Shown: positions 37,401 through 51,129 of the stretch, piece by piece
Numbering within the stretch: the first letter of the stretch is position 1
Layout of the letters: every line of letters starts with the position of its first letter
Origin: Marsupella aquatica
Taxonomy: Eukaryota; Plantae; Marchantiophyta
DNA: 64,000 nt
NCBI GenBank assembly: GCA_973895155.1
Contig: OZ316895.1
Span: 16,906,170-16,970,169 of the forward strand
Direction: 5' to 3'
Position numbers and translations under genes: made by a program
Notes under the pieces: model-generated
The model's input: the letters and a program-made list of their open reading frames with translations, nothing else
What the model was told of the DNA's origin: nothing
The model's database searches: none

Positions 37401-39020
37401 CATTCACTACGGCTAACTTTAGGAGCTCTTCCTCTGAGGCCTTCTCCCTTGCTGGGGAGTTGGGAAGCCGGACGATTCGCTTGGCCTTCGCACCATACTC
37501 GAACGTTCCTAGTGTCTTATACAGATCCTTGGGGCAGGGACTTGCACATAAAATCATCAACACCTTGGCATTTTTGTCTTCGAAAGATTCCTGTAATACG
37601 AATCATTTGCAGCAAAACAGGTTCAATTGCCAAAGAGCTCTGGGACAGCTTAGGGTGATGAATAAAAACCGGTGCCGTAATCGAACGAATAAAGCAATTG
37701 GCAAGAATGTGACCAACCTGGAGAATCATGGTAAGCTTGCTGTCTCTGTAAGGAATGTGATTCTCGCCGTTGGCGATGGCCTCGACCACTCGCTTAAGAG
37801 CTCCATTCCCTTGATTGATTTTTCCTGTCTGAGACACCAAGAAGTGATACGAGCGTTAACACCAAAACAACCAAATTATCAGGAGCAGCTGCAGCAAGCA
37901 CAAATAGGACGATTCTTGTCAAGGCCATTCATTACTGACCTGCATCTTCGATTCTGCTCCAATGCCGGCTTGTTCAATATTCTCAGAACCAGCCATGTCC
38001 ACCAAAACCAAACGCCCGTCGACGGCTGGGACCTCAAATGTGACCTGCGAAAACGAACTCACCGCATCAATGTCACGGAAATCTATTTCAACGCTGCGGC
38101 TTGGTCCAAACAACGCTGAATGTAGAGCAGATTTCTGTATGGTCTAGTCAGATGTCAGCTCACCACGCAATGGCTTCGAGAACTCCGGTCATTGCAGTTC
38201 GTACTCTTGACGACCCTTCGTTTCTCTACTTTCTGAATTTCCTTTAGCAATCTGTTAGGATCGTAGTCGTTTATGCAATTTGAATTGCGGACTTTTTTCC
38301 CTTTCACCTCAAGCTTCACCTGCAGATACCATCACCAGGGCAATCCAACGACGATCCATCCTTCAGCTTTCAGGATCATTATATAGCATGCAGAGGAACC
38401 ATCAACTTCAAGTAGGCTTTGTGGGGATTAACAACTTCACGTACCCTGTTCATCTGTCCTTTCATTGAACCGGGAGGATTGCTAGTCTGTGCTAGGAGGT
38501 CATAAATGTCCTCGTTGAATATTTCCCAGACCGTTGCTTTCACTTCTTGTCCACGGCCAGTCTCGTCCACTAAGCCATCTCCCATGATCTGGATGAGGGC
38601 GTGGTAAGCAACACCACGCTCAGTCCCGGAACCGAACATGGTGTGGCTCTTTCCTGCTCCCGTTGGGCCATACATCATGATCGTACATTTTCCTCCGAGC
38701 TTCACATCCTCCACTCGAGCTTCCGCGTACTTGAGGTAGAAGGCTTCTAGATTCTCATCCTCAGCTTTGGAAACACCATCCAGGGAAAATACTCGGTAAC
38801 CTTGCTGGTGTTCCTTACTCGTGATTCGCAAGTCTCGTCCATTAGGCAGCGCTTGGAGAACCGACGGCTGGCCTATGCCATCTGGATGATTTCGAATTCG
38901 GCCCACAACCTCCACTGGGTGAGTATCAACAGCAGGAGGCAAAGGTGCTGGAGTCGGAGTTGCCGAGACTGTTGACAAAAATGGCCCAATGCGGGGTGTC
39001 GAGGGTGTTCGTTCTGCCAT
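34401..39020 (-). CDS. Kinesin-10 family motor (PAKRP2/KINID1-like); ~6 exons: 39020-~38445, ~38320-~38165, ~38115-~37941, ~37828-~37718, ~37591-~34933, ~34800-34401
   Basis: HPVEVVGRIR; P-loop YGPTGAGKSHTM; switch I NDRSSRSHC; switch II LVDMAGSE; HIPYRDSKLT; LCASP..KTLGTFEYGAKAKRIVR; coiled coil; conserved C-terminal VYVKWES..ATLADLR. Inner exon limits are approximate. Confidence 0.9.
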
Positions 39021-39699
39021 TGCACCTTGCTCCTTATTGACAGCTGTTCCTCGAGCGAAGTGAGGGGTCTCCCTATCAAAATTGTTGTCCGTCCGTCCGC
39101 AGGGCCGCCATTGTCTGCAGTGAGAAATCGCCCGAGACAGGGGACGAGACCTGGCGAGGATAAAGTCCCTAATTTTGCTAGGTTGCTTGATAGAGCAAGA
39201 TCACCGGGAGTCCCGATCGCCGCAGAGACGCTCAAGCGAACTGCTTTGCCATCATTGCAAACAATTCAGTACGTCAAATTCAAGATCAATACAAGATAGA
39301 GTATTTGTAGAGCTCAGATTCCTGTGCTGAGCTTTGACAGCATGCTTAGACCAAATGTAGTAGCCGACGAGAAGGAGGCAGAGCATGAGTGGAGCTAAGA
39401 TTTCTTTGAGCGAGCTTGAATGAGAAAATGCGTCGACCTAGTTACTAGTTACGTAGGACTGGAACGAAAGAGAGTGCTTGTAAAGCTCACATCTTCGTGC
39501 TGAGCTTCGACAAAATGCTGACACCAAATGTAGTAGTAGCGAACGAATACCTGACAGAGTGTGAGAGGAGCTAAGATTCTTTGAGCCAGCTCGAGTGAGA
39601 AAGTGCTTCGACGTAGTTGCGTTCGTCTCGATCAAGACTGAATGTCAATTGACAGGGCTCAGACTGCTGCTGCGCGGAGCTCCAACAAAATGCTTCAGC

Positions 39700-40450
39700 C
39701 TACTACTGTCGTTGCGAACGAGTTTAACGAATCAAACAAGCTTTCAGCTCCCAAAGACTGAGTGAGCGGGAGAAGAAGAGAGACAGATTGTCGTTGCAAA
39801 CCATTTTGACATATCAAACGAGCTCTCCGCTCCCAAAGACTGAGCGAACGAGAGAATAAGAGAGACAAAGTGTATGACACATCAACGAGCTCTCCACTCC
39901 CAAAGACTGAAAGAGCGACAGAAGGAAATAGACAGAGTATCGTTGTGAACGAATTTGACGAATCAAATGAGCTCTCCGTTCTCAAAGACTGAGTGAGCGA
40001 GAGAAGAAAATAGACAGCAACGTTGCCAATGAATTCGACGAATCGAACACGCTCTCCGCCCCCAAAGACTGAGTGAGCGAGAGAAGAAGAGCGACAGTGT
40101 CGTTGCAAACGAAATTGACAAATCAAACGAGCTCTCGGCTCCCAAAGACTGAGCGAACGAGAGAAGAAGAGACACAGACTGTATGACGAATCAAACAAGC
40201 TCTCCACTCCAGTGAACGAGAGAAGAAAACAGACAGAGTATCATTGCGAACGAATTGGACGAATCAAACGAGCTCTCCACACTAAAAGACTGACTAAGCC
40301 AGAAAAGTAGATTGAGAGCGAGAGAGGCGAATCAAACAAGCTCTCGACTCCAGTGAGCGAGAGAAGAAACCAGACAGAGTATCCTTGCGAAAAAATTTCA
40401 CGAATCAAACGAGCTCTCCACGCTCAGAGACTGACAGAGCGAGAGAAGAA
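39700..40450. repeat. Degenerate tandem array (~60/120-bp period) upstream of the kinesin CDS
   Basis: Recurrent GAATCAAACGAGCTCTCC..CCCAAAGACTGAG.GAGCGAGAGAAGAA.AGACAG, roughly a dozen partial copies. Confidence 0.85.
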
Positions 40451-43400
40451 GATCGAGAGCGAGAGGGGTAACGCACCTGCGCACCTGCGCACCAACGCGC
40501 CAGCCGCAACGAGAGGAAACGCTAACTGCACGCACCACCGCCATCACCACCAACGGCTACTCCTGCACGCAGAGAGACGCGCTCTCTGTTTCTGCTGGAG
40601 CTCCATCGCTTCGTGTCCGTGTGGCCTCCCTCGTACTCGCACTGTACAGTGTAGGGGCTCTGCTACTGTGGCCGGGAAATAGAGCGAGCACGAAAAATTT
40701 GAATTGTTTCATGTGAACGTTGTCAGGAAAGGAAGGAGTACAGTGTGATGCTCCCATGGACCGTAACAGAAGCAAACGAAACCGGGGTAGACTACTTAGA
40801 ATCTTATTTAATTAATTTCTAGAATCGGTCAAAATTTCTCGCTTACTTAATGCTCTTCGAGAGATTTCTTTGTCTAAAATTTTAGGGTGTTCATGGAGAA
40901 TGCACGGTCAAGATTTTGATGGACTCATTATGAAGATTCTACTTTGCTTTTAGTAAGTTTAGTGAGAATAAAAAAGTATTAGGCCTTTAAGTGTATTAAA
41001 ATATATTATGGACAATTACTTCAATATCTGCGTGTAGCAACGATGTACTGGTATTCAAGATGTTATTATGTGAAAAAAGTCATAAAGTAAAAAAGTGTAG
41101 TTGAGGAAAAAAAATTGTGACGGCCAAGATCTCTTTATATGAAACATGTCATGTCATGTCATGTCAAGATATTGTTAAGAACAAAAATCATTTTGTCAAA
41201 AATGTCATTATGTGAAAGATATAATAAAATAAAATGATGTTATCAAGTAAAAGTGTGCCCTTTGCCCAACCCCTTGTCATCAAGGCTTGTGCCATGATAT
41301 TCATTATGTATTTGGGCCTTATGTTTTTGTTTTTTATGTTGAAAATGATTCAAAAAATGAATATAAAACATTACCCCAAAATTGGAAGAATAATTTTTAT
41401 TTGATTGGTGTATGTAATCCCCTAACTAAAGTAGTATGTGCAATTTAACTCCTATCACTATTACACTAAACTATACAATATTATTCTATTGAGTATGTAC
41501 ACCCTATGTAATATGTAGAGTAATTCCTTCCATAGATCATGGAGGGAAAATATTTATTGATCGGGTGCATTGTGTTACTAAAGTCCCTTGTTTTTGTTTC
41601 TCTCATTTGATTCCCTCTCTAACAATGGTGTGACTATTTTCCATTCACATTAAACTAAAGTCAGTTTTTGGATTTATTTTTTCTCTCTCAGACAGGATTT
41701 CTCATTTTTTGTGCCCTGCAAATTAAAAGAACTACTGTACCTCCGTAAAAATTGGAGCAAAATGTTCTTATAGTTTTTAATAGTAGCCCCTCTGAACTTG
41801 AACCAGAGCTCTCGTTTTTTGGGCCACAATGCCTTTTCAACAGCTCTACCACTGCATATACTTAGTGGCCTTAGTGACTTTTGACTTTGTAACTTTCGGT
41901 GCATTATTGGGGAAGAATGCACATATCTAGGCTCAATTTTTTTAATTTTTTCTATTTCGGAAGGGGACAAAGCCTGAAACATTATTGTAAAACACTAAAT
42001 CCGTGCAAGAAACATCCATCTGATGGTAGGAGACAGGAAAACAAAGAAAATCACATATCTTGGCTCATTATAAAATTCTGTTCTATTTTTACTAAATTAA
42101 TAATTAAAAAATCTTCTAGGGTTTTTAGCACATCAAGGTCCTCGCTACCAGAGTTATGGGCAATGATGATCTCTCAAAACTCTACTTGAGCTCTCATTGT
42201 TGTTTATAGCCCATAATGCGATATAAACAGGACTTTATTATAAAGATAGAGGGAACCACCAGACCCTCTCTCACGCCCTGCCCGGATCCCTTGTACTTAA
42301 GGTGCTCTACTATTGAGTCTGTCTCCTTGTGACTGGGACATAAAGGGAGCATAAATTGATGTGAACTTGTCAGGAAATAAAGGAATACAATATGATGCTC
42401 CCATGGACCATAATAAAAACAACATAACCAACATGGACTAATTAGAATCTATCTATATTATATTTAAGTCTACAGGTCATGACCTGCTGTGTAGAGGGAA
42501 GCCCTAAGATTGTATTGCCTTGAGCTTGTTGAGGCCCTACATCCTATAGCCTTGAGCTTGTAGCAAGATTGGCCCTCAACAGCCACTGGGTCAAAATTCT
42601 CCTTTGCCTTAGGTTGAAGTAGCAAGATGGATCCGCAATAGCTATGACACAGATTTTGGGTCAAAATTCAAATACAATCTGTAAGAGTGGTGTTTGGAAC
42701 AGGATAGTGGCCAAATAAAAGTAAAACTGACATCATGCAAAGACATGGTAGCACTGGACAACATGTAAGACAATCCATGATGGAACATTCAATATCTAAA
42801 GAAAACATGTTCCATAGAGGGCACATTCAAGTTAAATGAGGAAATTTGTGGGAGAAAATGATGATAGGAATGTAGAATTAATGCACAAATTCAGATGTGG
42901 AGGGGGACTCAGCTTTGAGGAGGGAATAATACTGGGTACTTTTAGGGTTAAGTAACTTCTCAGAAGATTGTACTCACTGAATATGTAGTCACTCTTTAGT
43001 ATACATCAAATTGACAGAAGAGCAGTGCAGCACATAGCATTTTATGGTCACTTTAAGGTTAGACTGGTCTTCAATTCAGGTTCCTTGAGAAATGTGCTCG
43101 GGGATTCTATCTCATTAGAAACTAACCTTATGAATATACTCCTCCAAGGCTAATATGTTTGCCAGCGCTATAGCTGGATGTTCAGGATGTTGTCAGTACA
43201 CATGGAAAAATAAGTTGTGTCGATGTTTGACAACTTCAACTTAATGTTAAGGTTGGTCACTCATCCCTTTATGGGATATATAGTCTCCCATTACGGGCTC
43301 ACATGTCAGAATAATTTGTGTCAATGTTTTGATGACTTTAACATGGCAAAATAAGTAGTGTCAATGACAACTTTAATGTAATGCTAAGGTTGGTCACTCA

Positions 43401-43949
43401 TCCCTTTCTGGGATTTATAGTCTCTCATATTTGGTCTCCCTGCATTGACCCTGGGAACACTGAGTCTATCTGTCCAGGTTTCTCACACTGGGTCCATCTA
43501 TGGCCCGTATAGAGATCAGGAACCAGATTGAATGGGTTTAGACCTGGCTTTTTTAATTGTGTTTACTGGGTTTGATCAACACCTAACACCTGGTTACACT
43601 AATTAAACCCACTAGGGCTGGAGATGCTCGAAGGTTTACTCATTTTCAGCATGATTATGATCAACTGGTCACCGTGTCACGTCATCCCCTCCATTTATGT
43701 ACAACTCTCGTGCGTTCTCATAATTGCGTTTTTGAAATGGGAAACAGGCAAACAGCCCTCGTTGGCTCGTTGGTTCATTTATTGTTTCGGCATAGGTGAC
43801 CATAAAATAACGTGTTGCTCGTTGGTCCATTATTGCTCCAGCCCAGGCGACCATAACATGTTGCCACAATCATGATCAAGCCATTCCGGCATCCGAAACC
43901 TCCTTGCCTGTCTGCCTGTGAACTTTGTTGACATCATCGTGTCCCAATT

Positions 43950-45700
43950 CAACGTTTCCAGTGATCGTTTACTTCACCTGAAACCTTCCATACTTCTCAA
44001 TTTCCCGAATCGAAACCTTCCATACTTCCCAATTTTGGAATCAAATCTCCTCTCGATCGAACCTGCAGGATGTCCTTCTGTGACAGCGGGCTGAGCAGCT
44101 TCGATATTCGGATATGTGCATCTAGTTGTTTCATGCGCCACCTGTGGAACGAGGAAGGGATGGAGATAGTCGCTCACTTGGATGGCGACATCCAAAAGGA
44201 AATCTGCTGGGTTCATTGCTAGCAAAAGCTGAAGTCTGGTGGAATCGAAATACTCCATGCATTCCGTCGCTTCACCAGAACTTACTGGGGAACCCTGTTA
44301 CAGTTTTGTCGAACATGTAGGGTACTCTGCTGGAAGGTTGCTGGATGGTTGTTACTTGTTACCAAAGTTCGCCCTGCCTGTACGCTGCCATCATCGAGAG
44401 GTGAGAAGTATCTTCTTCGGTACTTGATCATCTCATCTCTGTCATGCAGCACATGACAAGGCCCATAAGGGTCGAACATTTAAAAACCGGGTAAAAAACT
44501 GACGTTTCACTACTAGATTGCTATTGGGAAACCAGAGAGGTCAATTGAATGATGAATGAATGGACGGAATTCATTATCCACAGGGACCTAGAAAGGAACA
44601 TAGGGCCACGGAGAGATAGCTTGAGAGGTGCATACGAGGAGTTAAGGAGGCTCTCAACACGCTCGAGGGCAAATTCCACTCTTTCCGACCTTCAACAGCC
44701 ATCCCAGAAAAGTCATCAACGCCCGAATCGAAGGAGAAGCTCGAAAGACTGTCAATGAGAAGGATCGGTAATGTGGGACAAAGTTGTCTTGAAACTTTGT
44801 GACTGGGTACTCAAGATCTTCCATGATGATGGAAAGTCAACCAACACTTCTCAACCGGAAATAAGCAAGATTTTATGTTAAGCTGCGTCAAAATGAACTG
44901 TTTGTTATAACCCCTCAGCTACTGATCACGATGAACGGTAGGGAGTGTCTCAAGATGAGCAAATGGGTTGGTTCAGGAAGGTGCGCGAAGAAAAGCTTCA
45001 TTCAGTTCAGCTGCACAATCTCCTTGGCAGAAGAACTTCCCGAAAGGCTAGCGACCAATTAAGACCATTTTTAACCGATTCTATAGACAACATATTCAAA
45101 ACTCCCGACAGTAGACCCGTTCAACCTGAGTTATCCATCTCTTAAGTAGATCAACCCTTGTGCGAAGTCTTTGCAGCGGTTGGCAGTAGGCTACGTCGTT
45201 GTAGGTGATGCTGCTACCAGACGGAATGCATGGTCTACTCAGTCTCGCCCTCCGAAGAGATTGAGGGATGGCGTCATTCCTATTTCAAGATTAGAATCAT
45301 AATCTTCAGAACTATAGTACAAGGCAATGGACAACCTATTCACGGCAGCCTACCGAACAGCCAGCTTATGTTGCAAATGCCTTCCAGGGCTGCATCACAC
45401 AAACTATATAAAATCTCACGGCTGCCGGAAGGACCCATGAGTACCAGCATTTCTCCCGGGAAGGCAGTCCCTGTGATTCTATGAGTGATCCCTTTCTCGA
45501 CCATATTTTTGTGCCCAAACGAAAAGCAGGAACCGTGTGTCGCAGTCGGATCAACAAAAGCAGGAACCTTCACTGAATATCTGACATCCACATACTGTCC
45601 GAGATCTCCACCTTCTTGTCAGGAGCAATTATTTCCCGGATGTCATCTAGATCCATAATCGAAATCAAGATGTGCAGCATTGCAAAGAATATTCAATATA
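43950..45700 (-). pseudogene. Decayed partial duplicate of the ABCG gene (nucleotide-binding-domain exons with introns)
   Basis: [35 protein letters not shown] and [18 protein letters not shown] match 57540-59760; Walker A KTT is changed to MTP; frameshifts present; signature and transmembrane exons not found. Confidence 0.85.
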
Positions 45701-46190
45701 CAAGCTTTCTTCTTATGACGTCTTTCATTTAGTACTAATCGCATGTCGCCCAGCAAAGAAGGTTAGCTTTATAATTCGTGTACATAATAGAAACCAACCT
45801 TCAAAACAGCTCTGCCTACTTGCTCTACTATTGTCTGCCCTCTGAAGCACTCAGATAGACCTCGCAAACGCGTCCACATTGGAAGGAATCTGACCTCAAT
45901 TCATGGGCTATTAACGTGACTGGTGGACGCCAATCAGTGCCCACTCAAATAATCTCTGTTAAAATTCTGCAGTAACTATTTGGTATACAGCTCTTTGAGA
46001 AAGCTTGAAGGAAATGTTCCCACAGCTTTCTTATTTCCACATCGGAGTGGACAGTGGACCCAACTCATCTGAGCGATACTCATCGCGTGTTCTTTCTTCC
46101 CTATCTTATTCTGCAATGGATTGAACTTGAAAAAATGCTGCTCAGTTGCGAGGGACCAAGAATGAGATTGGGATCGGGTGACATTTATAT

Positions 46191-47522
46191 CTACAAGAAA
46201 TTGCTATTTACTCCAGCTCTATACAATCTAATGGCATTGGGAGGCATCGCTGTTGACCCGTTTCCGTTTCCAATTCCATGCCCATTCCCATTTGCGTATC
46301 CGTTCACATCAACCCCTGTTTTGGCTGATATTTGAAACTCCTTCCCTGCTGGCACAAAAAAACTGTCACCTTTCTTCACCACGGAAGGGCGGCCTCCTTG
46401 AGAGAAAACGACCGTGCCCTTGCCATCCGAGACCAGGAAGATTGATGGCCCAGAGATGGCGGAAATATCTAATGAATCCCCACCCGGAACGGTTATCAAA
46501 TCGACCTCGAATTCCTCGAAAGGGGGAGAATACCGTCTGGTGAAGAGTGAAACGGGATACCCATCCAGCAGATCTGGCAACCCCTGCTCATAAGTTAGCA
46601 TGGACGAAAGAATTGCCGTGTCTCGGAACTTGGGTGTGAGCCCTGCCCGCACCACATTGTCCGATGTGGCCATGCATTCAACGCATTCCCCAGAGATATA
46701 TGCGTGGGGGACGTTGGCAGCTAAGTATACGGCCTCTCCAGGTTTCAATACAATGTGATTAAGAAACAGAGAGGCCAAAACGCCAACATCGTCGGGATAT
46801 TGCTTCTCCAGAATGAGGAGAAGCTCCTCCCTCGCTGAGAGCTTCCTCGAATCCTTCTCCTTTGTCAGTCGAGTAATCAGTGTGCGCACACTCTCCGCCA
46901 CTGTCTGCTTGTCGAGAGTCATTAGCGTTGTGAATGATCTCTGGAGTGCAGCCTGGGATTCGGTCGTGACTCTATCAGAGGGACTCAAATTGAGCAGCTG
47001 AGTAACGTCGCTCTCCTTGAGCACGTTGCGCAGTTCAGGAACGGCTTCCAAGACCAGCTTCAATTCCTCGGAACCCATGAAGCCACACAGAGCCTCGAAT
47101 TCGGTGAGGGCTAGAGCCATCTCCGGCTTGTGGTTGGCATCTTTGTAAACCTTCGGTTGCGTTTGGAACAATTCCTCCGCGAGCCGCTTGTCCGGGTGCG
47201 CCTGGATGGACAGCGCTTTGGCGATGGAGAGAACCTTGAAGAGGAACGGCAATTCCCCCCGCCATTTCTTCAGCACTGCTTCGCCCAGCGCGTCCGGGTT
47301 CTTCTGCAGCCACTCGTTGAGTAGAATGCCTTGCTCTGGGGAGCTCCCGTCCTCGAACAGGACCGATGGGGCGGACGGATGCGTCCCCATCCACAGCTCC
47401 GCGTACGGTTTGCCCTCATCGATCTCATTCCCGGATGAGAGAGTGTACAATCCCGCCACTGCACTGTCCTCTCCGATGCGCCCCCACTCATAATGCTGCA
47501 CCGCGCCTTTCACTCGCAACAT
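46191..47522 (-). CDS. PMI: Mannose-6-phosphate isomerase (type I PMI), single coding exon, ~443 aa
   Basis: VQHYEWG, PYAELWMGTHPS, LPFLFKVLSIAKALSIQAHPDK, YKDANHKPEMALALT, HAYISGECVECMATSDNVVRAGLTPK. First ATG at 47522; the ORF track starts at an upstream TTG. Confidence 0.95.
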   Translation of the reverse strand: MLRVKGAVQHYEWGRIGEDSAVAGLYTLSSGNEIDEGKPYAELWMGTHPSAPSVLFEDGSSPEQGILLNEWLQKNPDALGEAVLKKWRGELPFLFKVLSIAKALSIQAHPDKRLAEELFQTQPKVYKDANHKPEMALALTEFEALCGFMGSEELKLVLEAVPELRNVLKESDVTQLLNLSPSDRVTTESQAALQRSFTTLMTLDKQTVAESVRTLITRLTKEKDSRKLSAREELLLILEKQYPDDVGVLASLFLNHIVLKPGEAVYLAANVPHAYISGECVECMATSDNVVRAGLTPKFRDTAILSSMLTYEQGLPDLLDGYPVSLFTRRYSPPFEEFEVDLITVPGGDSLDISAISGPSIFLVSDGKGTVVFSQGGRPSVVKKGDSFFVPAGKEFQISAKTGVDVNGYANGNGHGIGNGNGSTAMPPNAIRLYRAGVNSNFL

Positions 47523-48319
47523 CGCACCGCCCAAGACACTTCCCTGTTGTTCGGCAGCAAGCAATTCCGCCAATGCACAACGTTTTCAGGACCGAACCAG
47601 AGACGACGACCGTGGAGCAAAACAAACATTCACAGAACCTGAACTCGTACACAGAACGGTCCATCCATCATGCGTGTTCATCAATTCGCTCCATGCTAAA
47701 GCTGATAAATGCTACTTCCAAGCAAAGGCACCGCGTCAGCCGTGACAGGCGGCCCAGATCGAGCAGAGAGCAGAGGCTGGATCACCATAGGACGCAAATT
47801 CGATCAAGAATGAGCTTCAATCACAAACCTTTCAGCAAACGTGCTCCGCGATCCGAAATGCTGCAAAACTCCGTCGCGCGGAGGAAGAAGGTCCTCTGTT
47901 TCGGTCAAGCGAATCAGCGAAAGAACGAGGTGCGATGCAATTCAGAGGTAAGGTCATGCGACGCCAGATTGGAAGCACAACACGGAGGAGGACGAGAATA
48001 ATGCCGCAGCAGCAGAGTCGAGGCCTTCCTGATGAGATGCAGCCACGCCTGCCTGCTTGCCTGCCTGCTTGCCTGCCTGCCTTTTGGCCCGGCTGGGTCG
48101 TTGCTTGCCGTGCGGGATCGCATGCGCAGCCCACCATAGCACCGCTTTTGGTCAATTGGGGCGGCATAGCTTCCACGATTCGCTCGTTCTCTTTCTCCTT
48201 TCGTTCGTGCTTGACAGTTTCGATTCGCATCGGTGGTCTGCTTCCAGTTGACACTTTTGGAAATCTCCATAAATGCTGCTGCCTTGCCTTTTTCAACGGC
48301 TGCCTAACTTAATTAGTAC

Positions 48320-49400
48320 CCAGGTTAGCTTAATTAACAAACAAATACTTACTTAGGGAGGCTTTACAAGAACTTAGGGGTTTAACTATTACGGGGACTC
48401 AAATATTGGTCCGGGAGAGTTTTGCAGCCGCCCGAATTAGGTTCGGGTGGACACAGCCTGAAAATGTGTGGGAGACCGTTAGGCTAGCCCGCACACTCCG
48501 ACTGCGGCATTTCGGAAACACCCGGGGACAGACTTGGCTGAACAGACACTAAGTATGGGCTAGGTTTGACCTAGCTAGGGCCAGGCTTGTAACTACGCAG
48601 GGCTTCGTTTCTCTGTGTGCTAACAAATGTCATCACCGGAGTGCGTCAAAAATGCCCCCGGGAGTCTCACATTATGGACGTAAACAAATTACGGTGACAA
48701 ATATTCTTTCCCCCGTTTCATCACCAGAGTGCGTCAAAAATGCCCACGGGAGTCTCACATTATGGACGTAAAAAAATTGCAGTGACAAAGATTCTTTCCC
48801 CCGTTATACTCGCCCACCGGCAACAATAACCTCCTAGGAATACACATGACGGCCCCATATTTGAGACCCCCTATTTAGGTTGGCTTAATTAACAAATACT
48901 TACTTCGGGGGGCTTTACAAGAACTTGGGGGTTTAACTATTTTTTTCTATGTGTGAGATGTGATCCTAACCATTCATGTGTGAGATGCAATCCTAGCCAT
49001 TCATATGTGGGAACAGGCTACACTTCACTTTACATGAACTTGGGGGCACAATCATGCAACACCATTACCTAACCTAGTCATCTCACTAGGTCCCTCGTGG
49101 GTTGTCCCCTTTTTGCTTATCTGTGCATGTTTTTGAGGCAAAAACTTAGACCTCCTCTTGAGGGTGGCTTTACAAGAACTTGGGGGTAGCAGTTCTTTTT
49201 TTCTATGTGTGAGATGCAATCCAAACCATCATATGTGGGAACAGGTCACACTTCACTTTACATGAAGCAATCTTGGGGGCACAATCAAACAAAACCATTA
49301 CCTAACCCTAGTTATCTGTCACTAGGCCCCTTGTGGGTCCCTTTACTTTCCCTGATATGTCCATGCTTTTTTGTCAAAAACTTAGACCCCCTAAGGTGGT
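48320..49400. repeat. Cluster of local duplications upstream of PMI
   Basis: GGCTTTACAAGAACTT.GGGG at ~48360, ~48911 and ~49166; a ~90-bp tandem pair at 48631-48805; a ~200-bp duplication ~48945-49150 versus ~49200-49390. Confidence 0.75.
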
Positions 49401-51129
49401 CTAGAAAATTGGAACAAACTTGTCACTTCTTTTCAATTGCAATTATTATTTCCAGACCTGACAGGTTGTGTTTTTTTTTTCGGTGATGACATTTATTTTT
49501 TTGGTGACCTGACAGGTTTTGGCTCAAGCATTTTAACTTTTGTGTGTGGAAGTGGCCATCAGTTTTGCTTTGGATAGAGAGTCAATGAAGGGTCCCACCG
49601 TCTTGTAAAGCCCCCCTTAATGAAATTTGAAATTTGGTATCTTGGACCAAATTTTTGGTATTGTTTGCAATACTTGGAAAACTTGGAATTCTCTAAAGAG
49701 TAGCCTAGCCTGAGTGCCAGTTCTTAGAAAATAGATGGAGGTGAGTGTATTCAAGCCCATCATTTGAAAGTAAATGGAAGTGAGTATGTTGAAGCCAACA
49801 TGAGTGTCCGTTCCTTGAAGGCATTGAAGGATGATCTTGAAGCCCATTGCTCCATTTTCAGAGATTCACCTTTCCCCCATCTTTGTTTTCCAGCCCAACT
49901 TCAGTTTTGCCCCTGAGTCATGGTGTGCAGACTTCACTCTAGACAATTAAGAAAGATAAATTTGATTGGATGTATATGGCTAACATATCAAAATTTCAAA
50001 ATTAGAAAAGAAAATCTACATATAGTTGATGACATGGTGCTATAATTTGAAAGGAACAAATATAAAGTTTCTCCCTAGGGCATGCTCTACCTGATAGTCC
50101 CTAGCATGTTACTTGTCCAGGGGAGCCTAAAGTCCATAGTAGCCAAAGAGTTTTGTTTTAAATTCCCTTGGTATTCCTTTGTCCATAGTACCCTAAGGGT
50201 TTCTTATGTTCACTTGGTATTCCGTTCTTTGTTCCTCTATTCATAGTATTGGTATTCCGCTCTTGATAGTACCCAAAAGTTTCTTACGTTGTTATTGAAC
50301 AAATGAAAGACACTGGACTGGAAACAGTGACTTTCCGCCTAACTGTGGGTTCAATTCATTTTTGACATGGAGCTAAAATGCCGAGGTCAATCTAATCGGT
50401 GTGTCAATGCGATATTTTGCAACTTAGTTTTTTTCAATCACTTTAATTTAATGCTACTAATCAGGACATTGACCAAACATCATTGAGGAGAGCAAAATCC
50501 TAAGCTCTTTCCAAACGTCATCATCAATACAACAGACTATCTTAAGAGGTATGCCCTACTTGATGGAATGACTTGCAAAACTAGTGAATTAGAGAGAAGT
50601 GGTGGTAAGAAACCAAACCCCCATTCCTTGATCAAAACAGGAAACTGGTCTGAAGCATTCACACTGTGTGAGGTGTGGGGTGAGCATGGATCAAAGGCAT
50701 GCTTTCATGGGCTATATCACTTTCCTATCATTACATTGCTTATGTCATATACTTTCTCACTTTCCAATTCCCTTGTTCAACTTTTAATTATTTTGTCACT
50801 AAAGATGTTCAAATTGATAAAACTGCTATGGGTTTTTTCTGTATTTACAAATATGTCATAGGGTTATAGTGCCTAGGAAAGGCTTGTGGTCTGCAGGATT
50901 TTGGGTGACAGGGTCAGGAGGCCAGAAAAAAGCTTATGGGCTGCGGGAAAATGCTGCGGCTAACTCTTGTAGGGCAGGGCTAGGGTATGCTCACATCCTG
51001 TCCAAATATTAATGGGTGTCCATAGTTGGGTGATAGGACCAGCTTTCACACCTCCTATTCCTCTAATGTTCTTGCTGGTGTTACTTTAAATGTATCAATG
51101 TCATCCTAATGACAATGTATTTTTGGAAA

